A DNA stretch of 37,294 nt from positions 1 through 37,294 of the forward strand of contig DASWPR010000507.1 of assembly GCA_036398455.1 (NCBI GenBank), written 5' to 3'. Source of the DNA: Dokdonella sp. GTDB lineage: Bacteria; Pseudomonadota; Gammaproteobacteria; Xanthomonadales; Rhodanobacteraceae. Below the pieces are notes generated by a model. That model saw only the letters and a program-made list of their open reading frames with translations, ran no database searches and was not told where the DNA came from. This document shows, one piece after another, positions 36,113 through 37,294 of the stretch (positions are counted from its first letter, which is position 1; each line of letters opens with the position of its first letter). Made by a program: the position numbers and the translations under genes.

Positions 36113-37294
36113 ATGCCCATCCGCACCGCTCATTCCCTCGATACGCTTGCCCTGCGCCCCCTCGTCGCATGCCTGCTGGCGGTGTGCGGCGCGAGCATCG
36201 TCCACGCGACCAATATTCCAGTCACCAGCTGCCAGGACAGCGGCAGTGGTTCCCTGCGCGCGGCGGCGCAGATGGCCGGCAACACCGACACCATCGACCT
36301 GACGCAGCTGCAGTGCAGCCAGATCACGCTGACGACGGGGCGCGTCGAGCTGCCGAGCTTCATCAGTGTGATCGGTCCGGGTTCGTCGGCGGTCACGATC
36401 GACGGCAACCACTACGACCGCATCTTCCAGCACTCCGGCGGCGGCGTTCTCTACATCGAGGGGCTGACGCTGACGCATGGCTACGGCAACCTCGCCGGCG
36501 GCTGCGTCTATTCCGGCGGCAACGTGCAGTTGAACGACGTCGACGTGCGCGCGTGCAAGGTCATCGGCAACGCGGGAACCAGTACCTATCGCGGCGGCGG
36601 CCTGTTCGTCAGCGGCATCCTTGCGATGGTCGCCAGCAAGATCGAGGACAACGAGGTCTACACCTCGCTCGGCAACGCGGTCGGCGGCGGTGCGTACGTG
36701 AGCGGCGACCTGTCGATGACGACCAGCACGATCAGCGGCAACCGCGCGACCAGCGCTGCGCCGCAGGGGTCAGCCAAAGGCGGCGGCGCCTACATGACCG
36801 GTGAAGCCGCAGTCGACTATTCCACGATCTCCGGCAACTCGGCATCGTCGGTCTATGCGCCGGGCGGTAGCGGCGGTGGACTGATCGCGAATGGACGCGC
36901 GGCAATCCATGCTTCGACGATTTCCGGCAACAGCGCCGGCACGGTCGGCGGGATGCTGCTCAAGGGCGGCGACACGAATCCGGCCAGCGAGATCGTCGAC
37001 AGCACCGTGTCCGGCAACAGCGCGACGCTGAACACCATCGGCGGCGTGCTGTCGCATGCCGCGCTGACCCTGGCGAACTCGACGATCGCATTCAACACCG
37101 AAGCGCTGGCGCTCGGCGCGGGACTGTTCCAGGATGGCTTCCCGGCGAATTTGCAGAGTTCGATCATCGCCAGGAACACGGGACCGCAATCCTCGCCCGA
37201 TGTCGGCGAAGGTCTGAATGCCGTGTTTGGCGGCGCGAACAATCTGATCATGGTGCCGGGGACCTCGCCGGTGCCGACGGATACGATCGAGCAG
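36113..37294 (+). CDS. Secreted beta-helix repeat protein (choice-of-anchor Q / polymorphic membrane protein-like), truncated by window end
   Basis: Absent from the ORF track because there is no stop in the window. RBS GGAG, ATG 36113: MPIRTAHS...VTSCQDSGSGSLRAA...IDLTQLQCSQITL, with repeated GGG/STISGN units. Confidence 0.85.
   Translation, partial: MPIRTAHSLDTLALRPLVACLLAVCGASIVHATNIPVTSCQDSGSGSLRAAAQMAGNTDTIDLTQLQCSQITLTTGRVELPSFISVIGPGSSAVTIDGNHYDRIFQHSGGGVLYIEGLTLTHGYGNLAGGCVYSGGNVQLNDVDVRACKVIGNAGTSTYRGGGLFVSGILAMVASKIEDNEVYTSLGNAVGGGAYVSGDLSMTTSTISGNRATSAAPQGSAKGGGAYMTGEAAVDYSTISGNSASSVYAPGGSGGGLIANGRAAIHASTISGNSAGTVGGMLLKGGDTNPASEIVDSTVSGNSATLNTIGGVLSHAALTLANSTIAFNTEALALGAGLFQDGFPANLQSSIIARNTGPQSSPDVGEGLNAVFGGANNLIMVPGTSPVPTDTIEQ

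Overview
High-GC (estimated 65-70%) gammaproteobacterial chromosome segment; gene content and order suggest Xanthomonadales, probably Rhodanobacteraceae/Dokdonella-like (inference). 1-24.4 kb is mostly core: mreB(3' end)-mreC-mreD-mrdA-rodA, an antisense four-gene small GTPase/Roadblock operon plus a secreted Cys-rich protein, mltB-rlpA-dacC-ybeD, a large internally duplicated secreted protein, lipB-lipA-prc-yiiX, and on the minus strand degP/Q, a PstS-like protein with a Lys/Ala tail, a HAD hydrolase and an M17 aminopeptidase. 24.5-29.0 kb is an NrdR-box-controlled split class II (B12) ribonucleotide reductase locus, nrdJa-[two histone H1-like genes]-nrdJb. This locus holds the most unusual signals: (i) an A9 run in nrdJb followed at once by stops in both shifted frames, just before the Cys-rich tail (candidate programmed slippage giving long and short NrdJb); (ii) short patches of atypical codons in nrdJa at motifs that are, or resemble, intein insertion sites; (iii) an in-frame REP palindrome in the nrdJb linker. 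29-37.3 kb is accessory: an atypical signal peptidase, an IS3 remnant, a small secreted 4-Cys peptide paired with a membrane-anchored glutaredoxin, a pseudogene, an acyltransferase, an esterase and a partial beta-helix surface protein. All calls are by eye from motifs; no searches were run.
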